A stretch of DNA of 64,000 nt from Candidatus Marinacidobacterales bacterium (lineage in GTDB: Bacteria; Acidobacteriota; Vicinamibacteria; Marinacidobacterales; DATDRI01), in the NCBI GenBank assembly GCA_965226495.1, contig OZ245365.1:4224001-4288000 (forward strand), given 5' to 3'. The notes beneath the pieces are model-generated. The model saw only the letters and a program-made list of their open reading frames with translations, was not told the DNA's origin and did no database searches. Positions 50,011-60,484 of this stretch are shown piece by piece (the first letter of the stretch is position 1; every line of letters begins with the position of its first letter). A program made the translations under genes and the position numbers.

Positions 50011-50412
50011 CTACCGAATGTAGTAGCCAGAGACCCGCCACGTGCCGTCGGGATCGAGCATCGGCGTCACGGTCTCCACGGCAGCGGCCTTGTTCTAGAA
50101 CACGGAGTCGAATTGAATCAGGACGTATTGGCCGTCAGGCGCTCCAGGCAGCTGTTCTGTGTACTGCCGGGACTTCAGTTTGCGGGACACAAGCGGGCCA
50201 AGAGGCTTTCGCACGCCTGATGCCGCCTGCTGCCACTGCTCCTTGGTCACAGCGCTCTTGAATAGCTCTGCCGCCTGTTCCCAGGACTCTTCATATTGCT
50301 CGTTGTCCACTAATGCCTCTGCGGCTGTCTGTGCTGCGTCTTCAGGCTCCTGCGCCCAGGACGCCCCAGCCACGACGGCTAAGCAGACCATAACGCTCCC
50401 CAGCTTGTGCAT
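50011..50412 (-). pseudogene. DUF4019-like exported protein with internal TAG
   Basis: [33 protein letters not shown]. Confidence 0.75.
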
Positions 50413-50541
50413 CGTGACGATCCCTCCCTCTCTCCTACCAAGCATCGGTTCCCGAGTCCGTCTAACGGGAATATCAGGTTACCAACAACATCTTAAGGCG
50501 AGTGTGCCCCGAACGGAAGTCGATGAACGGCGGAACTCTTC

Positions 50542-50871
50542 TCACGCCCGCGGACCCCAAAGAATGACGGCCGCACCGAGCAGACAAATGAGCGCCCCCG
50601 CTATGTCCCACTTGTCGGGCCAGATGCCTTCGACGATCCATAGCCACAGGAGGGAACTGGCAATGTAGACACCTCCATACGCCGCGAACGCGCGACCCGC
50701 ATAGGCCGACTCCACCCGGGTCAGACAGACGGCGAAAAGCATCAGACTTCCCATTCCAGCCACGGTCCACCAAGGCGTACGCCCGAGGCGAAGCCAGGCC
50801 CAAAACGCGAAGCACCCCGCGATCTCGAAGAAAGCGGCGAGCACGAAAAAACCGCTGGTGGGAAGCCTCAT
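50542..50871 (-). CDS. ynfA: YnfA/UPF0060 small membrane protein
   Basis: [23 protein letters not shown]. Confidence 0.88.
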   Translation of the reverse strand: MRLPTSGFFVLAAFFEIAGCFAFWAWLRLGRTPWWTVAGMGSLMLFAVCLTRVESAYAGRAFAAYGGVYIASSLLWLWIVEGIWPDKWDIAGALICLLGAAVILWGPRA

Positions 50872-50887
50872 TGCAGGCGAGGATACC

Positions 50888-51120
50888 AAAAAAGATCAAA
50901 TAAAGGACTTGACAGATTTTTCGAAGCAATTTGGAAGAGCGACCGGTCGTTCGTGTAGATACCCCTCTGAAACGCACAGGTGTGCTCTCTCGTTTCTTTT
51001 CTCAAACCTATTCATTTTCTTCATTCCAGATTCTTTTCTTTCGTCTGACGGTGCCTGGAGAGTAAGAAAATCGTCTTGATATATTTAAAGAAGCAAGATT
51101 CGAAAGAGGGGGCAACAATC
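50888..51120 (+). other. AT-rich non-coding leader of HNH copy 2
   Basis: Colinear similarity to 19318-19102. Confidence 0.7.
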
Positions 51121-52215
51121 ATGATCGAACAAATCAAAACGTACTTCGAGAGTCTCGAACGTCTGTCCACCGAAGAGCTAGATGATTCAATTGAGAAGCT
51201 TGTCCGTGCCGAGAAGCGAAACGTGGCACTCATGATTGCTCACATCGCGGAGATGGCGAGAAGGAAGGGCCATCTCGAGCGCGGGTACAAGAACTTATTC
51301 GAGTACTGTACCCGGCGCTTGAATCTAAGCGAAGGGTCGGTCGCCCGGCGGATTCAGGTGGCCAACGTCTCGCGGCGTTTCCCGCAAATACTCCTAGCGC
51401 TGGCCGAGAACCGGATGAGTCTCACCGTGGCGGGACTCCTCACGCCCGTCCTCACCGAGAGCAACGTCGAGAAGCTTCTTGACGATTGTGCGGGAATGGC
51501 CAGTCGCGAGGTCGAGGAGTACTTGGTCGCGCTCCGCCCCAAGCCCGTCTTTACTCCCTCGATTCGAAAGACACCTTCTCCGGCGGCCTCCGCCTCACCT
51601 CTGATGTTGCAGGCCGCGTCCCCCGAACCGGCTCCGACGACGCCGCGACCTGTTCCCCGGGTGTCACCGAGTATCCTCGAGCCGGCCAGGCCGGAGACCT
51701 TCAATTTTCGCTTCGCCTCCGACCGCAGGTTCAAAGAGAAGTTCGAGCGCCTGGCGGAAGTTCTTGGGGTCGATAACCCTCTGCAACACATGGCCGAGAT
51801 CATGGAGCAGGCCATGGACATCGCCCTCGACAAGAAAGACGTGAAGAGAAAGCGGGCGCGGCGACTCGCTCGGAAGTCGAGGAGCGCAGCCAATCCCGGA
51901 CAAAAACCTCGCGCGCGCGAGACTTCGCGTTACATTCCTTCACACGTTCGCGAGCGTGTTCACGAGAGAGCCGCACATCAGTGCGAATATCGGGGTCCTG
52001 ACGGCACCCGGTGTCGGTCGAGAACCGGACTCGAGATCGAGCACGCACTGCCCTTTGCGTTGTATCGAAGCCACGACGAAAGGTTTCTTAAGCTTTTCTG
52101 TCGCCCGCACAACCGTTTGAGCGCAGAGAACGTGTTTGGTGCCGCATTCATCCAAAAGAAGATCGATACTTCTCGGAGGAAATCGTCGCCAAACGACCGC
52201 GCCAACTCATCGTAG
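51121..52215 (+). CDS. DUF222-like HNH endonuclease, copy 2
   Basis: About 80% identical to copy 1 over the first 150 aa by eye; CEY..RC..EIEH..FCRPHN. Confidence 0.85.
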   Translation: MIEQIKTYFESLERLSTEELDDSIEKLVRAEKRNVALMIAHIAEMARRKGHLERGYKNLFEYCTRRLNLSEGSVARRIQVANVSRRFPQILLALAENRMSLTVAGLLTPVLTESNVEKLLDDCAGMASREVEEYLVALRPKPVFTPSIRKTPSPAASASPLMLQAASPEPAPTTPRPVPRVSPSILEPARPETFNFRFASDRRFKEKFERLAEVLGVDNPLQHMAEIMEQAMDIALDKKDVKRKRARRLARKSRSAANPGQKPRARETSRYIPSHVRERVHERAAHQCEYRGPDGTRCRSRTGLEIEHALPFALYRSHDERFLKLFCRPHNRLSAENVFGAAFIQKKIDTSRRKSSPNDRANSS

Positions 52216-52260
52216 CCAGCGAAGCTGGCGGGTTAGGGAAGCCAGCCGGAATCCTGATCT

Positions 52261-53118
52261 CTACGCCCTCTCACGGGTCAAGATCGCCATGGCCACGCCG
52301 CCAAGTATCAGGGCGCTGGCGATGGCTAGCCTCGGGGACACTTGCTCAGCCAGAAACACGACGCCGCCGAAGGCGGCGAGAACCGGTACCAGGAGTTGCA
52401 CGATCGACGCTCGAGTGGTTGTTAAACCTCGAAGCACCTTGTACCAAAGGACATAGCCAAGCCCGGAAGTGAGCGTCCCGGACACGAGGGCGAGGATGAC
52501 TCCCTTTGTTTCGGCGTGAGCCAACAAGAATGCCATGGCGCTGGCGATGACCGCCAAGGGTGCGGCTCGCGCAAAGTTCGCGGCCGTGGATAAGATGGGC
52601 GCCGCCTCGCCTTTACCTCGAACCGAGTAGACGCCCCAGGCGATTCCGGAGATCGACATCAGGACCGCTCCAAGCGGATCGGGTGCCGCGGCACCTGGGG
52701 AGACAAGATAAACGAGCCCGCAAAACGCCGTGATGAGTCCGAGCCATTGGACGGGATGCGGCCGTTCCCCCGACCTCAGTCCTGCTCCGATCATCGTCGC
52801 CTGCACGCACCCAAAGAGAATGAGCGCACCCATTCCTGCATCCAAAGAGAGGTAGGCCAAAGAGAACGCGATCGCATAGACGAACAACGCCACGCCCGAG
52901 CCCCAGGATCCATGCCTCTCCTGACGACCCTGCCCGCGAGGCGCGGGTGACTCGCCCGCGAGCCGTGATATGGGAAGGAGGATGATGGCCCCGCTCACAA
53001 GGCGAAGAGTGGTAAAGGATACGGGGTCGATGAGCTCGCCGCCAAGCGCCGGACGGCACAGCAGGGAGTTCGCGGCGAACGCGATCAGCGTGACGGCGGT
53101 AAGGATTCCGATGAACAT
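52261..53118 (-). CDS. DMT/EamA transporter
   Basis: Ten-TM pattern; AFAANSLLCR, SGLGYVLWY. Confidence 0.88.
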   Translation of the reverse strand: MFIGILTAVTLIAFAANSLLCRPALGGELIDPVSFTTLRLVSGAIILLPISRLAGESPAPRGQGRQERHGSWGSGVALFVYAIAFSLAYLSLDAGMGALILFGCVQATMIGAGLRSGERPHPVQWLGLITAFCGLVYLVSPGAAAPDPLGAVLMSISGIAWGVYSVRGKGEAAPILSTAANFARAAPLAVIASAMAFLLAHAETKGVILALVSGTLTSGLGYVLWYKVLRGLTTTRASIVQLLVPVLAAFGGVVFLAEQVSPRLAIASALILGGVAMAILTRERA

Positions 53119-53197
53119 CCAGCAGTCGCCCGCGCTCTCGAAAGCTTAATCATCCCCTCGCGCCCCTGCGAACTTCGCGCAGGATGCGCTGAGCTCA

Positions 53198-54553
53198 TCA
53201 CCGAGCGTTCGAAGTCGGCTCGGTCGCCCCTTCCATCCGCTGCAGCACGTGCTCCCGCACCCACTTGGGGTCCCACCATTCGAGTGGAGTCACCTGAACA
53301 CCCCAAAGCAAAATCGAAAAGTGCAGGTGGTCTCCCACCGCAAGACCAGTCTTCCCGGTCCGGCCCAGTGTCTGACCTTTCGACACGGACTGACCGTTCT
53401 TCACGTCGATGCTACTGAGATGTCCGTAGAGCGAGAAAAGCCCTAGCCCGTGATCCAGGATGACGCAGTTCCCGTAAATGCCGAGATAGTCAGCAAAGAC
53501 TACCTCTCCGCCGTTGGCAGCCTCCACCGGACTGCGCGCGAGCGACGCCAGATCGAACCCCAAGTGGGTCTGCTGGTCGACCTTCTCGCCATGGTAGTAG
53601 TAACTGCGGCGATCGGCGAACGAAGACTCCACTTGAGAGTTGCTGAGTTGCTGGAACGGTTCGTTCCACAGGCGGGTCGATCTTGAGGTCGAGGTTATCT
53701 CGTCGATGCGCTCCTCCGTGATGGTGCGCAGCTCGCTGTTGATGGCCACGAAGGTTTCACGCGGCGTCTGACCGGGTTCGATATCCTTGGTATGAGACAG
53801 GATCTTCGGGGCAATCTCTTCAATGAGGCTATCGCTCACTTCGATACGACGCTGGCGGAACTCGCGAGGAAACGTCTTGATCCAAAAGTCTGTCTCACTG
53901 CCGTTTCCGGCACGGTCTTCGGCCCATGCCACGATGGGGGCTTCGGGTGACTCGTCGTAGGGCAGAGCAAAAAGGCACACATGAGTGCCTTCGGATTGAC
54001 CACCGAGGGGAAATCCCGAGAAAACACGATCCCCGACCCGAACCCCCGAGGCGGCATCACCCTCCGATATGCGGTAAATCACGGCCTCGGAGCCCCCTTG
54101 TCGCAGGTAATGTTGACTCGAGAGCACTTCGATGCGCGGCGGCGTCAGGTCGAGGGTGAGAGCGCGCACATCTACGACGTCCCTGCGAAAGAACCAGAGG
54201 TTCGCCTGATCGGCGACCGACACCGCGATTTCGAACTCCCCTTCTTGCAGTGAGGCCTTCTCCCTCAGGCTCTTGGCATCGATGACGATCTCCTCCCGCA
54301 GCGGGCGCTGCTGCCAGGGAAACCAGCTCCTCGAGTACACACGGGAGAAAACGGTCTCGAGGTTGCCATTCTGCCTCACCTCGACCGAGATGCTGCGCAG
54401 TCCTCTCCCCTCGTCTTTCACGGTGAGCCCCAGCTCGGAACCCTCTCCGAGAAACTCTGAACCGCTCCAGTTGACCGTCGGCGGCGAAGCATCCCAAAAC
54501 CAGACAATCACAAGCAGCAGAATCAAGGCGACGGCGAATTGGAGATATCTCAT
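53198..54553 (-). CDS. M23 metallopeptidase
   Basis: HLGFD, YGH, HLHF. Confidence 0.92.
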   Translation of the reverse strand: MRYLQFAVALILLLVIVWFWDASPPTVNWSGSEFLGEGSELGLTVKDEGRGLRSISVEVRQNGNLETVFSRVYSRSWFPWQQRPLREEIVIDAKSLREKASLQEGEFEIAVSVADQANLWFFRRDVVDVRALTLDLTPPRIEVLSSQHYLRQGGSEAVIYRISEGDAASGVRVGDRVFSGFPLGGQSEGTHVCLFALPYDESPEAPIVAWAEDRAGNGSETDFWIKTFPREFRQRRIEVSDSLIEEIAPKILSHTKDIEPGQTPRETFVAINSELRTITEERIDEITSTSRSTRLWNEPFQQLSNSQVESSFADRRSYYYHGEKVDQQTHLGFDLASLARSPVEAANGGEVVFADYLGIYGNCVILDHGLGLFSLYGHLSSIDVKNGQSVSKGQTLGRTGKTGLAVGDHLHFSILLWGVQVTPLEWWDPKWVREHVLQRMEGATEPTSNAR

Positions 54554-54567
54554 TGCGCTTCAGAACC

Positions 54568-55731
54568 TCACTTCACGAAGTGACCGTCTTTTACCCAAAT
54601 GTCACCGTCGACCGTCACCGTCGTATCGGTGAAGAAATTCCACCGCACGTAGCCGCCACCGACGTTACCGCCGAGCTCGCTGTTATCGCCCAAAGACAGC
54701 CGCACGACGCCGGCTCCGTAGCCGTAGTAGGGGATCCATGGGGAGCGTTCCGGCACCGCTAGCTCGGGATTGAAGCCCAGTGCGAACTCACGAAAGGCCC
54801 GCGCGGCGTCTCCAGCTTGGCTCATCTCGGCTTCCACGGCGTCGCGACCGGTGTCGGCATCGATGCGGACAACTCGGCCCTTCTCGAACCGAAGTTTCAA
54901 CCCGGTCACCGGACGACCGTCCCACTGCGAGGGTGGGAACGCGATCGTACCTTCCACTGTTTCCTCGAGGGGTGCTACGCGAACCGCACCCGAAGGGAGC
55001 TCGATCTCGCGATCAATAAGAATGACTGCGCGGCTCGCACGTTCGGGAGAAGCATCGCCGTTCTGGAGACAAACCGGACGTTGACCAATGCGAAACTTCA
55101 GATCGGTCCCGAGCGGTGACGTCACGCGCACTTCTCCGGAACGCATCGCTGATTCGAAACTGTTTTGGTTTTGGTCCAACGTCCGATAGTCCACATGCAG
55201 CAGCGCATTCTGATACGTCGATTCCATGATCCAGCGTTGCGGAAGCGGCTGGCCAGGTATGGCGACGGCACTGCGATTCTCCAACCAATGGAAGTGGATG
55301 GTTCGGCCTCGACCCTCCCGAAGCAGATCCTGAATGGCGGCGTAAGCGGGTTGACTTGGAATGGCGCCAGGGAGCATGACCGACGCATCGACATCGCGAA
55401 ACATGTCTCGGTAGGATTCCCTCGCGGACCGAAGAGCAGGACTCAATATACTTCGATCCCAGTCAGACGGTATGGGTTGTTCTAGTGCGTCAACGATACC
55501 CATATCGACCGCTCCGGACTTCATGACCGCATAGCGGAAGTGAGGGATTACCTCGCGAAATGTTCCGGGGTGGGCAAGCGCAACGACCTTCTCACCCGGC
55601 TCAAGGTCTAACCGTTCGACGATCCGCTCGGCAATCGCCTTCCAGTCTAGGGTGAGCTCGGGAGGAGGTGCCTGGGCAAACGCTGACGAGGTCACGGCAA
55701 GCGCGGTTAGAAGAAGTACTTGGAGGCGCAT
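54568..55731 (-). CDS. exported M29 aminopeptidase-like protein
   Basis: GTDLKF, LPSG, FEKGRVV, EFALGFNP, LGDN; metal ligands atypical. Confidence 0.7.
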   Translation of the reverse strand: MRLQVLLLTALAVTSSAFAQAPPPELTLDWKAIAERIVERLDLEPGEKVVALAHPGTFREVIPHFRYAVMKSGAVDMGIVDALEQPIPSDWDRSILSPALRSARESYRDMFRDVDASVMLPGAIPSQPAYAAIQDLLREGRGRTIHFHWLENRSAVAIPGQPLPQRWIMESTYQNALLHVDYRTLDQNQNSFESAMRSGEVRVTSPLGTDLKFRIGQRPVCLQNGDASPERASRAVILIDREIELPSGAVRVAPLEETVEGTIAFPPSQWDGRPVTGLKLRFEKGRVVRIDADTGRDAVEAEMSQAGDAARAFREFALGFNPELAVPERSPWIPYYGYGAGVVRLSLGDNSELGGNVGGGYVRWNFFTDTTVTVDGDIWVKDGHFVK

Positions 55732-55740
55732 GGGAGCTCC

Positions 55741-55944
55741 CTAGTCGGGTTTCTTGTTGGCAATGAGCCAGCCGATGAAGAAAACGAGGGCCCCTGTCCC
55801 GGTCATGCCAAGCATGGCTTTCATCTCCCCGCTCCCAAAGAAAAGGAGCCCCGAAGCCGTCACCAAGAAGAGCCCGAAGAGCTCGAGGCCACGACCGATG
55901 TAATATCGAGACCAGCCCGCATAATTGACCCGTTTCCCGGCCAC
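55741..55944 (-). CDS. small two-TM membrane protein
   Basis: GTG overlaps the mutL stop (TAGTG); two hydrophobic helices. Confidence 0.6.
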   Translation of the reverse strand: MAGKRVNYAGWSRYYIGRGLELFGLFLVTASGLLFFGSGEMKAMLGMTGTGALVFFIGWLIANKKPD

Positions 55945-57722
55945 TAGATCCTTCCGAAGTTTTTCTCGATTTGCTCGCGACCGAGCCTGAGAGTGGTGGG
56001 TCGACCATGGGGGCAAACGGTTGGCTGCCTCGCTCTCCATAGCCGATCGAGGATGAAACGAATTTTCTCCGGAGCGAGCGAGTTGTTGACTTTGATCGCA
56101 GCGTGGCACGCGATACGAGCGGCGATTCTTCCCTCCGCTTCGGCGATCGAAGACCCTTGGCAATCCTGCTCTCGCTCCGCGAGAGCGGACCGTATCAGCT
56201 TGCCGGCATCCAAGCCGGAAAGGGGCGCCGGAACCGCTCGGACCACATAGCTTCTGCCACCGAAGTGCTCGATCTCGAAACCATACGATCGGATCCGAAT
56301 CATCTCTTCATCGAGCGTAATCTGCTCGGCTACGGAGAACTCGAGCTGCAGTGGAGTGAGAAGAAGTTGTTGTTGTGGCCGCTCCTGGTCAGGTCGCGCC
56401 AGAAGCTCCTCGTACAGAATGCGCTCGTGGGCCGCGTGCTGGTCGACGAGCCATACGCTTTCGTCATCGGTCGCCAGGATAAAGCTTTCTCGGAACTGAC
56501 CGAGTGGCGTCGGAGGAAATTCCGCAAACTCCGCGAATGTCTGCGGCATGGCCTGCTGGACCTGTTGAGCGCCGCCCACGCCCAACACGGCCTCCGCTAG
56601 GGCCATTCCACCCGCGTAAGGTGCTCCCCGATCCGCGACCTGCGTCGTCCGCCCCGGCCACCTACCGATTTCACCAAGCGCCGTGGGTGCAGTCGCCGGC
56701 GCCCAATCCCTTCCTACCGCCAGCTCTGGTGCCCTCCCCTCAGCGTGGAGCGCATTGCGCACCACAGAGAACACCGAATCGTGGACGAACTGTTGATCGA
56801 CGAAGCGCACTTCCGACTTCCCCGGATGCACGTTGACGTCCAGCTTGTCGGGCGAGAGCTCCAGAAAAAGGTAGAGCAACGGCGTACCCTGTTTAGTCGA
56901 TACCTGGCGATAGGCCTCGAGCACGGCATGGGTGAGGATTCGATCTTTGACGGATCGCCCGTTGACGAAGAGGTGAAGACGGGTCGCCGTTCCCCGTGCT
57001 TCGGCCGGTGGAGAAAGCCATGCCGTTAAGTGAAGCCCCCCCACCGACTCATCGAGAGACACCGCACCTTCCACCCAACCTCCCTCCAGTTGGAAGATTC
57101 TTTCTCTCCTCGCTGCTACCGGTGGGGTGTCGAGCACCTTCCGGCCGCGATGCTCGAGACGGAAGTGAACCTCGGGGTGAGCCGCAGCCAGGTTCGACAT
57201 CAAGGCTGCGATGTGTGACGACTCGGTGCCATCGGTGCGAAGAAACTTCCGTCGGGCGGGTACGTTGAAGAAAAGGCGGCGGACGTCCACGATGGTTCCA
57301 CGTGGCAGGCCGATCTCACCCTCTCGGATGATACTTCCCCCTTCCACTACGATCTCGCGGCCGGCGGCACTTTCCTCGTCGCGCGTGCGGAGCGTGAAAT
57401 GAGAAACCGATGCGATGGCAGGAAGAGCCTCACCACGGAAACCCAAAGTATTGATTTGTGAAAGCTGTTCCACCGCCTGTATCTTGCTCGTGGCGTGTCG
57501 TTCGAGGGCGAGCCGGGCGTCTTCCGGATCCATGCCGACACCATCGTCGACGACCCGGATGCGATCCTTGCCGCTTTTTTCGATGAGGACCGAAATGGAG
57601 CGGGCCGAGGCGTCGAGGGAGTTCTCGACGAGCTCTTTAACGACCGAGGATGGCCGTTCTACGACCTCACCCGCCGCGATCTGGCTGGCCAGTGCTTCGG
57701 GTAATACTCTGACCTTGGACAC
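55944..57722 (-). CDS. mutL: DNA mismatch repair protein MutL
   Basis: IAAGEVVERP, GFRGEAL, DQHAAHER, CPHGRP. Confidence 0.97.
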   Translation of the reverse strand: MSKVRVLPEALASQIAAGEVVERPSSVVKELVENSLDASARSISVLIEKSGKDRIRVVDDGVGMDPEDARLALERHATSKIQAVEQLSQINTLGFRGEALPAIASVSHFTLRTRDEESAAGREIVVEGGSIIREGEIGLPRGTIVDVRRLFFNVPARRKFLRTDGTESSHIAALMSNLAAAHPEVHFRLEHRGRKVLDTPPVAARRERIFQLEGGWVEGAVSLDESVGGLHLTAWLSPPAEARGTATRLHLFVNGRSVKDRILTHAVLEAYRQVSTKQGTPLLYLFLELSPDKLDVNVHPGKSEVRFVDQQFVHDSVFSVVRNALHAEGRAPELAVGRDWAPATAPTALGEIGRWPGRTTQVADRGAPYAGGMALAEAVLGVGGAQQVQQAMPQTFAEFAEFPPTPLGQFRESFILATDDESVWLVDQHAAHERILYEELLARPDQERPQQQLLLTPLQLEFSVAEQITLDEEMIRIRSYGFEIEHFGGRSYVVRAVPAPLSGLDAGKLIRSALAEREQDCQGSSIAEAEGRIAARIACHAAIKVNNSLAPEKIRFILDRLWRARQPTVCPHGRPTTLRLGREQIEKNFGRI

Positions 57723-57724
57723 GC

Positions 57725-60484
57725 CTACTTCGCGGCTTTCTCGACCTTCACGGCTGTATCGCTCTTCACTTCCTTCTCAACCTCCGCGGCCTCTTCCAAA
57801 GCGGCTTGTGCGGCAGCCAACCGTGCTATCGGCACGCGGTACGGCGAGCAACTCACGTAGTCGAGTCCGATACCGTGAAAGAAGCGGATGGAGTCTGGCT
57901 CGCCACCATGCTCTCCGCAAATACCGACCTTCAGGTTGGGCCGCGCTCGCCGACCACTTTCGGTAGCGGCGCGCACCAAGGTCCCCACTGCTTTCACATC
58001 GATACTCTCGAAGGGGTCCCTCCCCAGAATACCCATCTTAAAATAGACAGGGAGGAACTTACCGACATCGTCGCGGGAAAAACCGAAGGTCATCTGCGTC
58101 AGGTCGTTGGTGCCGAAAGAGAAAAACTCCGCCTGCCCAGCGATTTCATCCGCAGTCAAAGCCGCCCGCGGCAACTCGATCATGGTTCCGACTTGATAGT
58201 CGACATCGATCTTCTCCGCCGTCATCACCTCCCGGGCCACCTCGTCCACGATTTTCTTCTGTTCCTCGAACTCCTTCACCATCCCCACCAGCGGGATCAT
58301 GACTTCCGGCTTGGGGTCGCCGCCTTCCTTGGTGACGAGACAGGCCGCCTCGAAAATAGCACGGGTTTGCATGCGGGTGATCTCAGGATAGGTGATCCCC
58401 AGGCGACATCCCCGGTGGCCGAGCATGGGGTTGAACTCGTGGAGTTGCTCCACCCGAACGAGTAGATTTTCGAGCCGTTCCACCTTCGTGCGGTTCCGAA
58501 TCTTTCCCAAGGTGAGCTCGGCGATCTGGCGCATGAGGTTCTCGCGCTTGGGAAGGAACTCGTGGAGCGGCGGATCGAGTAAGCGGATTGTGACCGGCAA
58601 ACCCTTCATCACACGAAAAAGACCCACGAAGTCGTCGCGCTGGAGAGGCGCCAGTTGGTCGAGATGTTTCTTCCGCTCCTTGGTCGTGGTGGCCAGAATC
58701 ATTTTTTCTACGATCGGAAGCCGAGCCTCGGCGAAGAACATGTGTTCGGTGCGACACAACCCGATACCACGGGCGCCGAATGCCAAGGCGGTTGCCGCAT
58801 CCGTGGGTACGTCGGCATTGGCGCGAATGCCCAAGTGCCGCTCCGCGTCGGCCCACTCGAGGAGGGTGGCGAAATCTCGGTACATCTTGGATTTCTCCGG
58901 AGCCAGCTTTCCCTGCACGACCTGGATGATCTCGGAAGGCACGGTCGCCACCTCGGCAAGCATCACCTCGCCGGTCGAACCGTCGATCGATATGACATCG
59001 CCCTCATTGATGGAAGTGCCGTTGATCTCGAGCTGTCTGGCAGCCAGATCGATGCGGAGGCCGCCGCAACCCACCACGGCGGGCTTTCCCATCTGCCGGC
59101 CTACCACCGCGGCGTGAGAAGTGCGGCCCCCGGTCACGGTGAGAATACCCTGCGCAGCGCTCATTCCATGAACGTCGTCAGGAGATGTTTCCGTGCGAAC
59201 TAGGAGCACCCGCTTCCCGGAAATCGCCCACTCCACAGCATCGTCCGCGTCGAAGACGACCTGGCCCGATGCGGCGCCCGGTGAGGCGGGAATGCCCTTG
59301 GCCACCGATTTGATGTCTTGGCGCGCTTTTGGATCGAAGAGCGGATGCAGAAGCTGATTCAAGGACCTGGGCTCGACTCGAAGGAGCGCCTCCTTCGGCG
59401 TAATGATCCCTTCCTCCACCATGTCCACCGCGATGCGAACCGCCGCCGGCCCGGTTCGCTTACCGCTCCGGGTCTGGAGCATGTAGAGCTTGCCTTCCTC
59501 GATCGTGAACTCGAAGTCTTGAACGTCTCGGTAATGTCGCTCGAGTCTCTCGCCGATGCCCTTCAGCTCTTTGTACGCTTCCGGTAAGACGTTTTCGAGC
59601 TCGCAAATAAGCTGAGGAGTCCGGATGCCGGCTACCACGTCCTCTCCCTGAGCATTCACCAGGAACTCACCGAAGAACTCTTTCTCTCCGGTTGCCGGGT
59701 CTCGTGTGAAACCCACGCCCGTTGCGGAACGCGGCCCCAGATTCCCAAAAACCATCTTCTGGACGTTCACGCCCGTTCCGAGGTTTTCGGGAATGTGGTA
59801 AATCCTCCGGTACTCTTTGGCCCGCGGGTTGTTCCAACTCTTGAAGACCGCGTCTCTCGCTAGAACGAGTTGTTGGCGGGTGTCTTGCGGAAACTCTTCG
59901 CCGGTATCTTTTTTCACCAAAGCTTTGAAGCGCTCGACCACTTCCTTGAGATGCGCCTCGTCTAACTCGGAATCGGTCTCGACGCCCGTCGATCGCTTGA
60001 CCACCTCGAGCAGAGTCTCGAAGAAGGAAGACTTGATGCCGAGCACCACAGCCCCGAACATCTGGATGAAGCGGCGGTAGCTGTCGAAGGCAAACCGACC
60101 GTCTCCGGAGGCGCGCCGCAAGCCCTCAACGGTCGTGTCGTTCATGCCGAGATTGAGAATCGTGTCCATCATTCCGGGCATGGAGAACTTGGCACCGCTG
60201 CGAACGGAGAGGAGGAGTGGTTTCTCCGGGTCACCGAGCCTTTGCCCGACAGAGTCTTCGAGTCGGGTCAACGTCACGAGAAACTCGCGCTCGATTTCGT
60301 CGGGTAGCTTCTGGTGTCGTGAGTATATGCGGCAGGCCTCGGTGGAGAGCGTAAACCCCGGCGGTACGGGCAGGCCGGCGTTCGTCATCTCAGCCAGACC
60401 CGCGCCCTTTCCCCCCAGGACGTCCTTCATGTCCCGGTGGCCGTCAGCCTTACCGTCGCCAAAGTAATAGACGTATTGCGGCAT
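57725..60484 (-). CDS. ppdK: pyruvate, phosphate dikinase
   Basis: GGKGAGLAEM, GGRTSHAAVV, FGTNDLTQ, GICGEHGG. Confidence 0.97.
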   Translation of the reverse strand: MPQYVYYFGDGKADGHRDMKDVLGGKGAGLAEMTNAGLPVPPGFTLSTEACRIYSRHQKLPDEIEREFLVTLTRLEDSVGQRLGDPEKPLLLSVRSGAKFSMPGMMDTILNLGMNDTTVEGLRRASGDGRFAFDSYRRFIQMFGAVVLGIKSSFFETLLEVVKRSTGVETDSELDEAHLKEVVERFKALVKKDTGEEFPQDTRQQLVLARDAVFKSWNNPRAKEYRRIYHIPENLGTGVNVQKMVFGNLGPRSATGVGFTRDPATGEKEFFGEFLVNAQGEDVVAGIRTPQLICELENVLPEAYKELKGIGERLERHYRDVQDFEFTIEEGKLYMLQTRSGKRTGPAAVRIAVDMVEEGIITPKEALLRVEPRSLNQLLHPLFDPKARQDIKSVAKGIPASPGAASGQVVFDADDAVEWAISGKRVLLVRTETSPDDVHGMSAAQGILTVTGGRTSHAAVVGRQMGKPAVVGCGGLRIDLAARQLEINGTSINEGDVISIDGSTGEVMLAEVATVPSEIIQVVQGKLAPEKSKMYRDFATLLEWADAERHLGIRANADVPTDAATALAFGARGIGLCRTEHMFFAEARLPIVEKMILATTTKERKKHLDQLAPLQRDDFVGLFRVMKGLPVTIRLLDPPLHEFLPKRENLMRQIAELTLGKIRNRTKVERLENLLVRVEQLHEFNPMLGHRGCRLGITYPEITRMQTRAIFEAACLVTKEGGDPKPEVMIPLVGMVKEFEEQKKIVDEVAREVMTAEKIDVDYQVGTMIELPRAALTADEIAGQAEFFSFGTNDLTQMTFGFSRDDVGKFLPVYFKMGILGRDPFESIDVKAVGTLVRAATESGRRARPNLKVGICGEHGGEPDSIRFFHGIGLDYVSCSPYRVPIARLAAAQAALEEAAEVEKEVKSDTAVKVEKAAK

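Noticed and set aside
50095-50097. In-frame TAG as pyrrolysine or recoding
   Set aside because: Best explained as a GAG>TAG nonsense change; the gene also appears to have a small deletion, and TAG is a normal stop elsewhere in the window.
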